DNA of 64,000 bases from Ministeria vibrans ATCC 50519 (taxonomy: Eukaryota; Protista; Filasterea): assembly GCA_943704425.1 (NCBI GenBank), contig CALSCP010000013.1, positions 11,236 to 75,235 on the forward strand. The letters run 5' to 3'. The notes below the pieces were generated by a model. The model did no database searches and was not told where the DNA came from. It worked only from the letters and a program-made list of their open reading frames with translations. The position numbers and the translations under genes were made by a program. Numbering within the stretch: the first letter of the stretch is position 1; every line of letters starts with the position of its first letter. Positions 16,649 to 32,663 of this stretch are shown here, piece after piece.

Positions 16649-18162
16649 CTACTTGGAGTTCATGATCTCAATGAACTCTGCATAGGTGACGCCATCACCC
16701 TTCCTACACGCACAATTGAGTTACTTGTCTTCTGAGTGTATGTACGTGCGTGTGTTCTTACGTTGCATGGGTCATCATCTCGTCGATCTCCCCGTCGTCG
16801 CACCCCTCACCGAGTGTCGTCAGGATCGTCTTCAGATCACCCTTGCTGATCTTACCATCCTACAAACACACACATACCCATTCAATCCAGCTTGCGCCTT
16901 CCTCCTCCCGTTCCCTCACCTTGTCCTTATCGATGAAGTTGAAGGCTGCCTGCAGTTCCGACTCCGCCTCTCCCTCTCGCATCTACTCACATTGAAAGCG
17001 AGTTATATGTAATATTATATTGATAATAATATTATAATAATAATAATAATTATTATTATTATTTTGCCGATGTGTTGCTTGTAGATTACCTTGCGCATAA
17101 GCATACCAAGGAATTCCGGGAAATCAATTGCGCCGTTTGAGTCTGCGAATAACAAGATACATAATAATTAAAAATAATTCCTTATCATACTACATGTTTA
17201 GTCTTCTTCTGAGACCCAAACAGAAAACAGTAAAGATCAAGATCGAACCTGAATCAACCTCCGCAAGCATGTCACTGAGCTCTGTCTCGTTCGCATCAAG
17301 CCCAAGAGACTTCATAATAGAACCGATGTCCTGTTCCAACAAAAACAACACACAATGAGTCATTTCCGTTCCTTCACATTTCGTATTGTGTGTTGTTCGC
17401 GTTTTGAAACCGCACACAAAATGCGCAAAAAAACACACTCAAGTCGGAACGAGGCACGCCAAGCTTCGTTGAAACAACAACACGCGTGTCTCCATCGCCC
17501 TCTACGCCCGCAAACTTCCGACAAATTGCTCATTTTGAGCCTCACAGACAAACAAATCACACAACGCATATTATAAGAAAAAAAAAACGCCAGTGATCCG
17601 CAAAACTAACAAAGGAAAGAGAGACAGGGGCACGATGACGACACGCACAGCGCCAGGCGGGCCTGCGGCGGCACAGGCGCCCGGCGTGGCCGCACAGGGC
17701 GCGGCAGAAGTGCCAAAAAAAGGCAAGGACAAAAAAAAAAAAAAAAAAAAAAAAGGAATATGTCGAAGAGAAGTTTGAAGACTTGTCTGAAGCCCTGTAC
17801 AACGCATGCGGCAGGGGTGGTTTGCAGCCGGGAGGGCATGGGGCAGAGGGTTGGGTTGAATTGGGGTGTTTGGTGGGAGTGATGACGGCAACATGAGCGT
17901 TTGCCGCTGCCACACGCGCTACAAGGCACCCACGCTGAGCCGGCGCCCTCGAACACGGCTCAGAGAGGCAGGCGAGCGCAGGGGTGGAAGAAAAGGGCCA
18001 GATCGCAAAGGGGAAAGGGTTCGTTTTGAGGGGAAAGGACGCGAAAAGTTTTCAAAGGACCTTGGTGGTGATTTGACCGGAGCCGGACTTATCAAAGATG
18101 GTGAAGGCCTCCTTCAACTCTTGCACTTGCTCGTCCGAGAAGTTATGCTCCGGGGCGGACAT
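16649..18162 (-). CDS. Calmodulin-like EF-hand protein (6 exons)
   Basis: Spliced: MSAPEHNFSDEQVQELKEAFTIFDKSGSGQITTK|DIGSIMKSLG..ELSDMLAEVDS|DSNGAIDFPEFLGMLMRK|..AFNFIDKDK|DGKISKGDL..EIDEMM..|GDGVTYAEF; EF-hands are partly degenerate. Confidence 0.88.
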
Positions 18163-18236
18163 TCTGTCTGTATATGTGTAATGTGTCAATTAAAAATGTG
18201 ACTATTCATATCAATATGATAATCATTTTACTGATC

Positions 18237-19643
18237 ATGTCGACTGTGGGGCGAGCTCTCCCGCTCGTCGTCGTAATCGTGCTTCTCTCTGCATGTTTTG
18301 TGGAATCCCGTGTCGTTCGCGGTGCAGGCGCCAACAACGGAACGATTGCGGTTAACAACACCGGTTCGTTTTTTTTTTTTTTTTTTTTTTTTTTTCATTC
18401 TGTCTCCCGTTTCTCTCTGTCTCTTCTGACCTTTGTGCGCAGTGGTAAACAACAACGGAACCGCGCACCACAACGGGACGTCGCCCATCGCCCCCAAGAC
18501 GGCGAGTGTCGTGGGTGCGTGTCTCGCTATCATGGGAAATCTGCTCATTTCGGTGAGCCTGAACATCCAGAAGAAGGCGCACGTTAAGATTCAGAAGGCA
18601 CACGACGCCAGCGGTACGGGCGATGCGGCCAGCGGGCGTCAGGGGGACGATCACAAGCAGAGCCGCAAGAAGAAGAAGAGGAAGCGTCGGGGAGGAGTCG
18701 GCAGCGGCAGTGGCGGTGGGCCGTCGGGCGGATCGTCGTCGGCGGCGTACCTGTCGAGCGATCGGGGCCTCATGTCGCGCCTGCGGTCTGTCTCGGCACA
18801 GCGGCGCAAGAAGGCCGGCTTGCCGCGCTTGCCTTATTCTGATGCGGAGCGCTCGGGTCTGCTGCGCTCGGAAGACGACGAGGACTTGGACGACGAATGG
18901 CTTGCGGGCGACCACGACGGCGACCAGATCAGCAGCGGAAACCAACTTCGCCTGCGCACCATCGACGACCATTTTGAGGGTGATGGAGATAATGAGGCTC
19001 GGCTGGGCGACGACGACGACGACGACGACGACGAGGGGGAGGAGGAGGGGGAGGACGACGAAGAAGGGGAGGACGAAGAGGAGAGCGACGATGAGTTGGT
19101 GCAAGCGGCGCAGTTGCGTGCGTTGCACACTCAGAACGATGGCATTGACCTTTCCGACATGGCCAGCGATATCAACAGCCGCGATACCGGTCAAATTTCC
19201 ATCGCAGCCGCAAGTACGAAGCAAAAGAAGGACAAGAGCAAACAGAAGCACTACACCAAGTCCTCCGTGTGGTGGCTCGGCCTAATCTTGATGATCACGG
19301 GTGAAATTGGCAATTTTCTGGCATACGCGTTTGCGCCGGCGTCACTTGTGGCACCGATGGGCACTGTGACGGTCGTCAGCAATGCGATCATTGCGCCCGT
19401 CTTCCTCAAAGAGCCCTTCCGTCTGCGTGATGTCTTGGGCGTTTTGTGTGCTGTCTGTGGCGCAGTAGTCATTGTCGTCTTCTCGCAGAGTGAGGACCCT
19501 GCCCTCAACGCCGACCAGTTATGGGCTCATCTTACTGCACCCCAGTTTCTTGTCTACGTCACTCTCCTGATCATTCTTGGCGCCATCATGTTCATTCTTA
19601 ACGTACATCCCACCCAACCTTCATCCCATACTCTCAACTTATC

Positions 19644-19729
<86 letters not shown>

Positions 19730-20702
19730 GCTCTCTCTCCTTAGCGCAAGTACCCTGGACGTGCGCTGCTGTACCCCCTGCTGGTCTCGGCCGTCCTCGG
19801 CTCCTTTACCGTCCTCGCCGCCAAGAGTGTCACCATGCTCTTGGCCGTCTCAGTTGCCGGTGACAGTCAGTTTGTCCATCCCCTCATTTATGTCATGGCC
19901 ATCCTTTTGGCTGTCACTGCCATTTCTCAAGTTCGTTTCTTTTGGTTTTTGTTTCTCAATCTATATCTAATCTTCTGGGTATGTTGCAGGTTCATTTCCT
20001 TAACACTGCAATGCGCCACTTTTCTGCCACTGAAGTTGTTCCCACATTCTTTGTACTGTTTACCATTGGTGCAATTTCAATGGGTGGAATTCTCTTCGAT
20101 GATTTTGCCGGTCTTCCCGCCAAAAACATTGTCTTGTTCTTTTTTGGGTAACGATTGTGGGTTGTTTTAAGATTGTTATGAATGTTCGGTTGTTCTGAGT
20201 GGCATTGTGAGTTGTTTTGAGTGGGATTGTGAGTTGTTTTGAGTGGGATTGTTGTAGGATTGGACTGACGTTTGTGGGAGTGTATTTGATCACGTCAAAG
20301 CGAAAGAAGGCATTGGGGGCAATTGACTCTAGCGACGACGAATCAGAGTCAGACGGAGAGGGACGCGTGGACGACGCGCGATTGGACTTGGGATATGTGA
20401 TTGTGGATGAGCCAACAGAACAGGGGGGTAGCAGTGGAATGACAGTGGAGCAAAATGGTACTGAGCAAGGGAGTGCAAGTGGTGCAAGTGGTGTGTTTGC
20501 AGTAGCAGTGGATGAGAGTGGTGTCCGTGTGGCACTGAAGACGCCCTCTGTGGTCCATGCCACCCCTGTGCTTGCGTCCACGTCTCTGTCCGTGCCACAT
20601 GTCTACACGGCTTCTGCTACTGCTGATGATGACGACGACGATGATGATGCTCCGCTCTTGTTTGGCCATTCCAGTTCCCGTCCTTCTTCTTTTGTCGAGT
20701 AA
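18237..20702 (+). CDS. NIPA-like Mg2+ transporter (NIPAL2/3-like)
   Basis: GACLAIMGNLLISVSLNIQK; WWLGLILMITGEIGNFLAYAFAPASLVAP; QVHFLNTAM; VVPTFFVLFT; multiple introns. Confidence 0.9.
19650..19728. repeat. (GT)n intronic microsatellite
   Basis: Seen directly. Confidence 0.95.
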
Positions 20703-20744
20703 AATCTCTCTTTTCCTTTCTTTAAAATGGTTCATGTTTTTATC

Positions 20745-22121
20745 TTACAAACAATACTTTAGCGCATCGCAAATGGTCTCTTCTTTGAACCATCTCTCAA
20801 ACTGCGGATGACCAGTCACTGTTAAAAGAAAGAAGTTCACATGCGTTTGTGTGTGTTTCTTTATATAAATGTTGTACCTTTGTTAGACTGTGAAACAGAA
20901 GAGACGGTCACCGAGCTCGGCCGTACGGCAGTGAGTGATTCATAAGCCAATTTGGCCTAAAAATGGTGTACAAAACAGATGATTAGAAACAGCGATTTGA
21001 CACACTTCACATACTGTGAATGCGGATCGGCCTGACACCCAATTGAGCTCAATTTCATCAAAGGATCGCGTTGCAACGGGCTCGCGACTCAATCTTTCCT
21101 CATATTCCCGCTTAAGGTAGAAGAGGAGGTTGTGAGAGTGGGTGGGGGAGAGAGAATATTTGTTTGCTCGTTTACTTGTGACTGAGTGAGCTGTTCTCTG
21201 CGACTGACAAATGCATTGAGTTGTTCTCCGACAACATTTAAGAACATCTAAAGAGGATATAGAGAGGAGATGAGACATATTTTGCGAGACGCAACTTACC
21301 TTGATGTTGGTGTTGAGGTACTTTTGGGCGAGATCTGCAATAGGCATGAAATAGGGGAAAGTGTGTTTGTGCAGTGAGAGGTGCTGTGCGCCGTCGGTGT
21401 TGTCGTCCTCTGCTGGATTTGCAGCGGTGCTTGTGAGATTCACAATGGCATAGTACGGCTCGAGGTAGCGCCCGTCGGCAAACGTGTCGAATCGAAGGCC
21501 CACACGACTCTTGGAGAGGGGAAACACGGAGCGACCGGCAAGACGGTAGGCGACGCGAGTCTACAAAACGAGAAACATACGGGTCATAACGGACAGAGAA
21601 CGACACGCCATCAACGGCAGATTGTATGTAGCAACCTCCTGGGCGGCGCGAAACTTGACGCGGCGCACAGCGCTCTCTGCAACGCTTTGGCGTTGGGTGT
21701 CGTCGAGTGCGTCGGCGCCTCGCTTCCCGCCCCGCCCGCCCCTCGGCTGCAGGAGCATGTCTGCCACCGAGGAGCGCGCCCGTCGATGCTCGACTTCCTG
21801 TGCAAGCGACGCCTTGCGTTCCTCCAGCTGTCCGAGTCGAGCAAGAGAGAGAGAGAGAGAGAGAGAGAGAGTGTTGTATTATTATTTTTTCAAGTTGGCG
21901 CCAATTTCAAAATCGCAAAAGTCAGAGACATCTGTCGGGCGAGGCGATGCTACATCGCATAGACAAGAGCATACCTGGCGGCACTTGAGTCGGAGGTCGG
22001 CGAGATTCTCTTCTTTGGACGCAACGCCCTTCTGAAGGGACGCCAGCCGCTTGGCCTGTGCCTGCAGCTGCATCAGCGTCCGCAGCGAGCCCTCTCGCAG
22101 GTGGGAGCTAGTCTCGGCCAT
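20745..22121 (-). CDS. CENPO: Centromere protein O / Mcm21
   Basis: N-terminal coiled coil; AYRLAG; RFDTFADGRYLEPYY; HKHTFPYFMPIADLAQKYL; LNAFVSRREQ. Confidence 0.82.
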
Positions 22122-22535
22122 GGTGCGCAGTTTACAACAGAGAAACCAAAATGAATTTGTAATCTGTTTCGCTGTTGTATTCGAATTTCGATTCATGATC
22201 AATCAAAACACTAATTAATCCCGACTCAGGAGTTCTAAAATAATGCCGAGCAGCCCACCGCTTGCCACAACACCCCAAAAGTCTAACTCTCAAGTCTTAC
22301 GGCTTACGGCAGCTCCCAACTGCTAATGAAGAAATTGACTCTCCTACCAATCAACCCAACTCACTCATTACGACGAGGAATCAACAGTGCTAATAATTTC
22401 AAAAATTATTCATTTTTGCTTTCTTTGGCAGCCAGACAGGTGCCCGTGCAACACAGCGCCACCGCGATCGCCCCCCCATGACCCCACGTTTTTCTTATCG
22501 CGNNNNNNNNNNCCCCCCCCCGTGTCCGCCCCGCC

Positions 22536-25013
22536 ATGGTTTCGCTTGTGTGGGCGCGACGCGATCTCTTTGCGTGCGCCCTCCTCCCCCTGCCATCCTC
22601 CGCCCGCATCGACCTCAGGAGCCTTCTCAAGCTGGTCTTCTACTGCCGCTCCAAGAACCACCTCCCTCGCTTGCCGTACGCAGTCATTCCCTTTGTCTCT
22701 TCGTCTCTTTTCGACCTTTCTTACTTTCAAGTGTTGGTTTTTTCCTTTTTGAAATTCAGTCGATCTGTCTGGTGTACTGTTGCGACCAACCACCTGCTGC
22801 TCACGGAGGACCAGGCAACGGTGTACTTTGACGTGATGCAGGTAAGACGAGCGGGGTCGCCGCGAGACCGACGCACTGTCGTTTGAACTTGTCGCGTAGG
22901 GAATGGACGCGCAGAACCCCTCAGCGCATCGCCAAGACGACGCCAGTGCACACGACACCGTAGACACCCTCAGATTTGTCCTGCTCCTTTTCATCCAGCA
23001 GCTCTCGCGAACCTCTCTCAAAGATCGCTTTGTCACACCAACGGCCTTTCCAGAGGTGACATGCACTATTTTTCATCCACTGCACTGCTCTAAACTGTTC
23101 GTCTCTTAGATGGACGATTCGGCTGTATCCTCGAGTTCTGTTGCTGGGGGCAGCGGCGCTTCTGTGGCCAAGTTTGTAGCGCAAGAGGACTTTGATGTCC
23201 AACAATTTCTCCACCGACACATCACCGACATACTTCAACTGCTCTCGCGACCCGAGGATGGCGACAAACTCGACGCTACCACAACCGCAGGTGGTGGAGG
23301 GGGAACGAAACAAGTCATGAGCATGACGGAAACAGGCTTAGCCGCCCTTGACTTTCTTCTCATGGCCGGCACATCCAACGCTCCCCCCACCACAACAACA
23401 ACGACCACTGCGACGTCACCTACCACTCGTCGCACTCCCTCCCTGGCTCACATCACCTCCGCTCCATTCCACTCTATTGCTCGCTCCAAAAGCAATGCCT
23501 TCCGTGACCCCCCACACGCAACTCTTCTCTCCCGCTCCAAACTCGCCTCATGGATCCGGTATCTTACAAGCACAACCAACTCCTATCCCTAAAGACAATT
23601 TCCATCTAGCGATCGACTGTGTGCGCCACCTAGCGAGTCCGTCTCCATCCCTCTCACTGCCCCATCGTTGGTGTCCTCTCCGTCTATGGTCCTCTCTCCT
23701 TCCTCCACTCCCAAATCACTCTCCATTGTTGATCTTGTCCACTCTGCCTCGGATCACTCTCCCCTTCTCATCGTACGCTAGCACCCACACAAAAGAGTGA
23801 GTGTGTGTAAGAGAGAAAGGCGTTGATGCATTTTGTAGATTAGCGGAATCAACAAGAAGACAGTCGTGCGTGCAGAAGGGACACTCGATGGTGCACTTGT
23901 GCGCATCCACAAATGTCGCAACAGCACTGTGTATCTCTTGGGCGCACTCCGCTCGGTCGTCATATCACAGTGTCGGTATAGAACATTTACACATCACAAA
24001 CATATGCACACACACCGCAAAAAAAAAACGGCACATTCACCACAAAGATACACACACACACACATACCACACACACACATACCACACACACACGCACTCG
24101 CCACACACTTACACACACACTCATCCGCTTTGCAGTGACATGACCATCTACATTGGCGCCACCGAGACCCTCCACATTACCCGCACGCGCACCAGCCACA
24201 TTCACACCCACACGTCCACCCTCACCACTCTTTCTCATTCCGACTCCTCCCTCGCCATCCACTCCGCCTCAAACGCCCCCCTTGTCCTCCTTGACGCGAA
24301 CCATGGCCCTCTTCTTGCGCCGCACTCCTCAGCTTTTTATCGCGGTCAGCTGGTCCATTGGGAAAGTGCCAATTTCGATCCGGAAAAGAACTTTTGGAAC
24401 AAGTACCATTCTTCCTTCTTATTTCCAATAGTTGAATCTATGTCTTTTTTCGTTCTTAGAGCTGTTTATTTCATGGGTCAGAGCGCGAAAAACACGTGTG
24501 TCATTCAATCCCCAAAGGTACATATTCGTTCACCAACAATACCAAATTAATTCCGATTTTGTTGTGTTAGGATTATCAGCCGTTTTGTGTTCCGTTTTCA
24601 CTGACCAGCGGACCTCCAACTGAAATCTCACTGGCACTCCCAATTGAGTTTGAACGCTCTCTTGAAGAGAGAACTGCGCAAATCAGAGCATTCCAACGGG
24701 AACTCAGTGAAAAAGCAGATTCAGCGCATACGGACAAATCACTTTTGGAGGTCAGGCAGGCCTAAATAGACTAAGAGAGAAAAAGACTGATTTTTTGTCA
24801 TCTTTTTAGGCTTCAATTGTGGCTCGTTTTGAGGTGAGTGGGTAAAAATGTAATTGAATATATGTTTGGTGATCTTGTGATTGTGACAAGGCATTATTAT
24901 CAATTTTGAAATGTCTTCTTTTCTCTCTTTCACTCTTGTAGGAATGGCTCAGTTCGACTGGACACCTGCGAGAATTGAGTGATTTGGTTACTCTTTCGTC
25001 TCTTTCCTACTGA
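22536..25013 (+). CDS. TBCCD1: TBCC domain-containing protein 1
   Basis: LVWARRDLF..LPLP; YPRL-like segment; VDTLRFVLLLFIQQLSRTSL; CARP/TBCC beta-helix VRIHKCRNSTVYLLGALRSVVI; PLVLL..LAPH; C-terminal EWLSSTGH. Confidence 0.85.
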
Positions 25014-25072
25014 GGCGAACGTCACGAAAAATGTTTATGTATTTGTACAATCATTTTCAGTTTTTTGAGTAT

Positions 25073-29052
<3,980 letters not shown>

Positions 29053-29259
29053 TCAGGGGAAATGAAGTTCAAAATAAATGAAGAACTAAGAAGATTAGAA
29101 GAATAACTTTGAACTTTGAATGACACCCAAAATATTAACCATTTGTATTATTTATTTATTATTATTCGCTCTTTCCCGCTTCTCTTCAGTCGAAACGTGC
29201 TTTCCGTGACTGGCTGTGTTTTGCGGGGTCATTTTCCACCGTCGTTTTTCTCTCAGTTG

Positions 29260-30642
29260 ATGGATCTGCCCGATCTACGAGCGCGCCGTAAAAACCCCCT
29301 CTCACAGTCGTCGGTCGCGTCAGCCGAGAAACTATCCGCACGTCTTTCTTTGCCACCGCCACCAGTAGTCGCCGCAGCGTCGCCCCCGCTGCCGTCGTCG
29401 TCGTCGCCGTCGTTGTCTTCGTCGCGAGTCGTTCGTCGTCAATCGGCTGCTATCGCGTCGCAGTCCTCTTCTGCCTCCCCCGCCGCCCCCGCCGCCCCCG
29501 CCGCCGCCACCTCTGCTCGCACCCGCTTTTCCGTCGCGTCTCCCTCCCGTTCGCGCCGCAAGCGTTCCCTCAGCGATCTCCTAGAGCCGCACACCGCCGC
29601 GCTCTCCGGTCGAAACACTCTCGCTCCCAACTCGCCCAACTCGGGCCACAAGTCTCTCAGGCGTAGCCCACGCTCCGTCCCTTCATCCACCTCTACCTTA
29701 CAGCCGAGCACCGCCTCTCCGTCGTCCCTCACAAAGGTACAACAGCACACACCAAAAAAAAAAAAAAAAAAAAAGATGTAAAAAAAGCGAGCTGGCCATC
29801 TTGTCAACTGACCATTCGCTCTCCCCATTGCGTCACATTTTCCTTCCCTCCCTACTTCCCCGGCGATCGTTTTTTCTCTCCGTACACCCCACCAAGTTCA
29901 CTTTTTCCCCCCTCTTCTTTTCTTCTTTGTCCCGTTTCGCTGACCCAAAGAAAAAAATTTCTTCTCTTTTTTTCTTTTTTTTGTTCACTTAGCGCCCAAA
30001 GCGAAAGGCTTCGGTGATGTCTGGCGATCACCATGCTAAGAAGAGCAAGGAGGACTCGCGTACCCCCAACAAAAAACGCTCGCGACTGACTGGGCTGTCG
30101 AGCAAGGAACGGAAAGCTTTGTCGACGGACCAATCGTCGACCACGCCGCGCACAGCCAGCAAGACTGCCGCTGCCGCGACAAGCACCACCACCACTACGA
30201 CAACTGGCACAGTCGGTGATGGCGACAACGGCGACGACGCATCAGCCACTCAAACCCCATTTTCCGAGAGTGGCAGCAGCAGCAGCAGTGGTGGCGAGAG
30301 CGACGGCGCAATCAAGCTGAGCAATGCAAAAGCGAGTCGCAACAACCGTGACGAGGATTGCGACGAGGACGACGAGGACGACGAGTTCCTTGCACCCTTT
30401 GACGACTGTGACTTCCATGCGAACAAGGAGGACGAAGAAGACGATGACGAAGATGAAGACGATGAGTCACGCCGGAAAAGCAGCAGCAACAACGATGATG
30501 AAGAGAAAGCGTCGCAAGATGCCGTTGCACAGCGTCTCAGTACTCTTCAAGGTCTCCTTCGTCAGTTTGGGAATGGCGGCAATGGTGGCGACAATCCAGG
30601 CATTTTCAACTTGCAATCGCAACGCAGCAACAGTAATAATTA

Positions 30643-30718
<76 letters not shown>

Positions 30719-30726
30719 TTAGTATT

Positions 30727-30786
<60 letters not shown>

Positions 30787-32626
30787 CAAATTATTTGTAG
30801 ATTCTTCGTCTCGCATGAGTGCCCTTTTGGAGGGACTGCAGGCGATCGGCGATGACGAACGACAGTATCTAGCGCTGACGGAAGCTAGCGAGATGCTGTC
30901 AATGGGCACGGAAGAGACATTGGGCGGATTCAAGGCGGAAGAGTTTGTGCCGCCGCTATTGGAGCTGCTCACTCACGAACACCAGCCTGAGACAATGCTC
31001 ATTGCTTGCCGTGCGCTTACCAATATGATGGAGGCGCTACCGGGCTCGGGTGCGCTCGTGGTGCAACAGGATGGTGTGGGCATTCTCTGTGCCAAACTCC
31101 TCACCATTGAGTACATCGATTTAGCCGAGCAGTCGCTTACGGCACTGCAGAAACTCAGTGCCGAATTTGGCCAAGTGCTACTCAAAGCGGGCGCCCTCTG
31201 CGCCGTGCTCACCTACATTGATTTTTTCAGCATGTCCCTGCAACGCTCGGCGCTCCTCACCGCCAGCAACATTTGTCGTATGGTTCCCTCCGACTGTGTT
31301 CCCCTTGTGCGCGACGCCATTCCTTTGCTCACCAACCTCCTGCAATACCAAGACGACAAAATTATCGAGCGCACCTGTCTGTGCTTTGCGCGTCTCACTG
31401 ATTGCTTCCGCTCCAACAAGACTCACCTCGCACTTCTCGCCTCCCACGGCCTCCTCCCACGTCTCGTCGCCCTTGTCTCCGCCACTCCCTCCGCTATTAC
31501 TCCCGGCACGTACACCATGATCGTGCGTACTCTTGCTACGCTCTGTAGCTACTGTCCAGAGTAAGACGTAACATAACAAACCAACAAAAAAAATTAAAAC
31601 AAAAAAATTATGATGTAGCCTTGCTTGTGACCTGGTGCGCGACGGTATAGCACAAACGATACGAAAAATGCTTTTGGGCGACGCTGAAACGTACCAGTCG
31701 GGTGCACACTCGGCCGAACAACTGTATGAGATTCTGTCGTTGTGCAGCGAGGTTTTGCCTGTGCTGTCATCGACGGGAGAGAGTCCCGTTAGCGACAAAG
31801 TCGTCGATGTGCTCAAGGCGTCGCCATCGCAGCAGCGTGATGGCCGCCATCACAGCGGTGCGCGTCTTTTTTTTGGCCGTGGCGCTGCTGTGGCGCGACA
31901 GTCGGAGGTGCCGCAGATTGAGCAGGCAGACGACGCGCGCTTTGCCTTTTTGCGCGAGAACGCCGAGACACTCAAGAATCTCACCGAAGCACTGTTGGGC
32001 CCACTCTTTGGCGTATACCAGGCGACTGTTAGTGGCCCGGTGCGTCGACGTTGTCTTAGTGCCGTGCTCAAAATGATTCATTTTACAAGTGCGGAACACC
32101 TGCGTGCGATTCTCTTTGATCTATCCGTCTCGAGTTTTGTGGCGGGTCTCCTGGAAAGTCCCGACGAGATTCTCGTTGTGGTGGCTCTGCAGCTTGCTGA
32201 CGATCTTATGAGCAAGTTACCGGACATCTTTCCCGTGTACTTTCGTCGCGAAGGTGTCATGCACGTCATGGAGCGTCTTGCGGGCACTGCAGCTCCACCA
32301 TCGCCTACAGCACCAACTGATCCCTCATCGCTCTTACCCTCCTCTCACGCATCCACAACGACATCGACCACCACCACTACCACCACTACCACAGCGGCAG
32401 CAAGTGACAATGCTGCGGGTGTTCAAACGCCCGCTCGTGACAAACCTGTTGGCGCCAACCCGTTTGCACAGTTTACCACACCGCCTCACGACCGTCGTCT
32501 GAGTGATACATTCAACGAGACGCCGCCGAGTTCGCGTGCTTCACGTAAACTCAATTTGCGTTTCACTCGCTCCAAACATCAACCGCCGCCTCCGTTGACC
32601 TCATCCGCATCCGCCACCGCTGCTGC

Positions 32627-32663
<37 letters not shown>

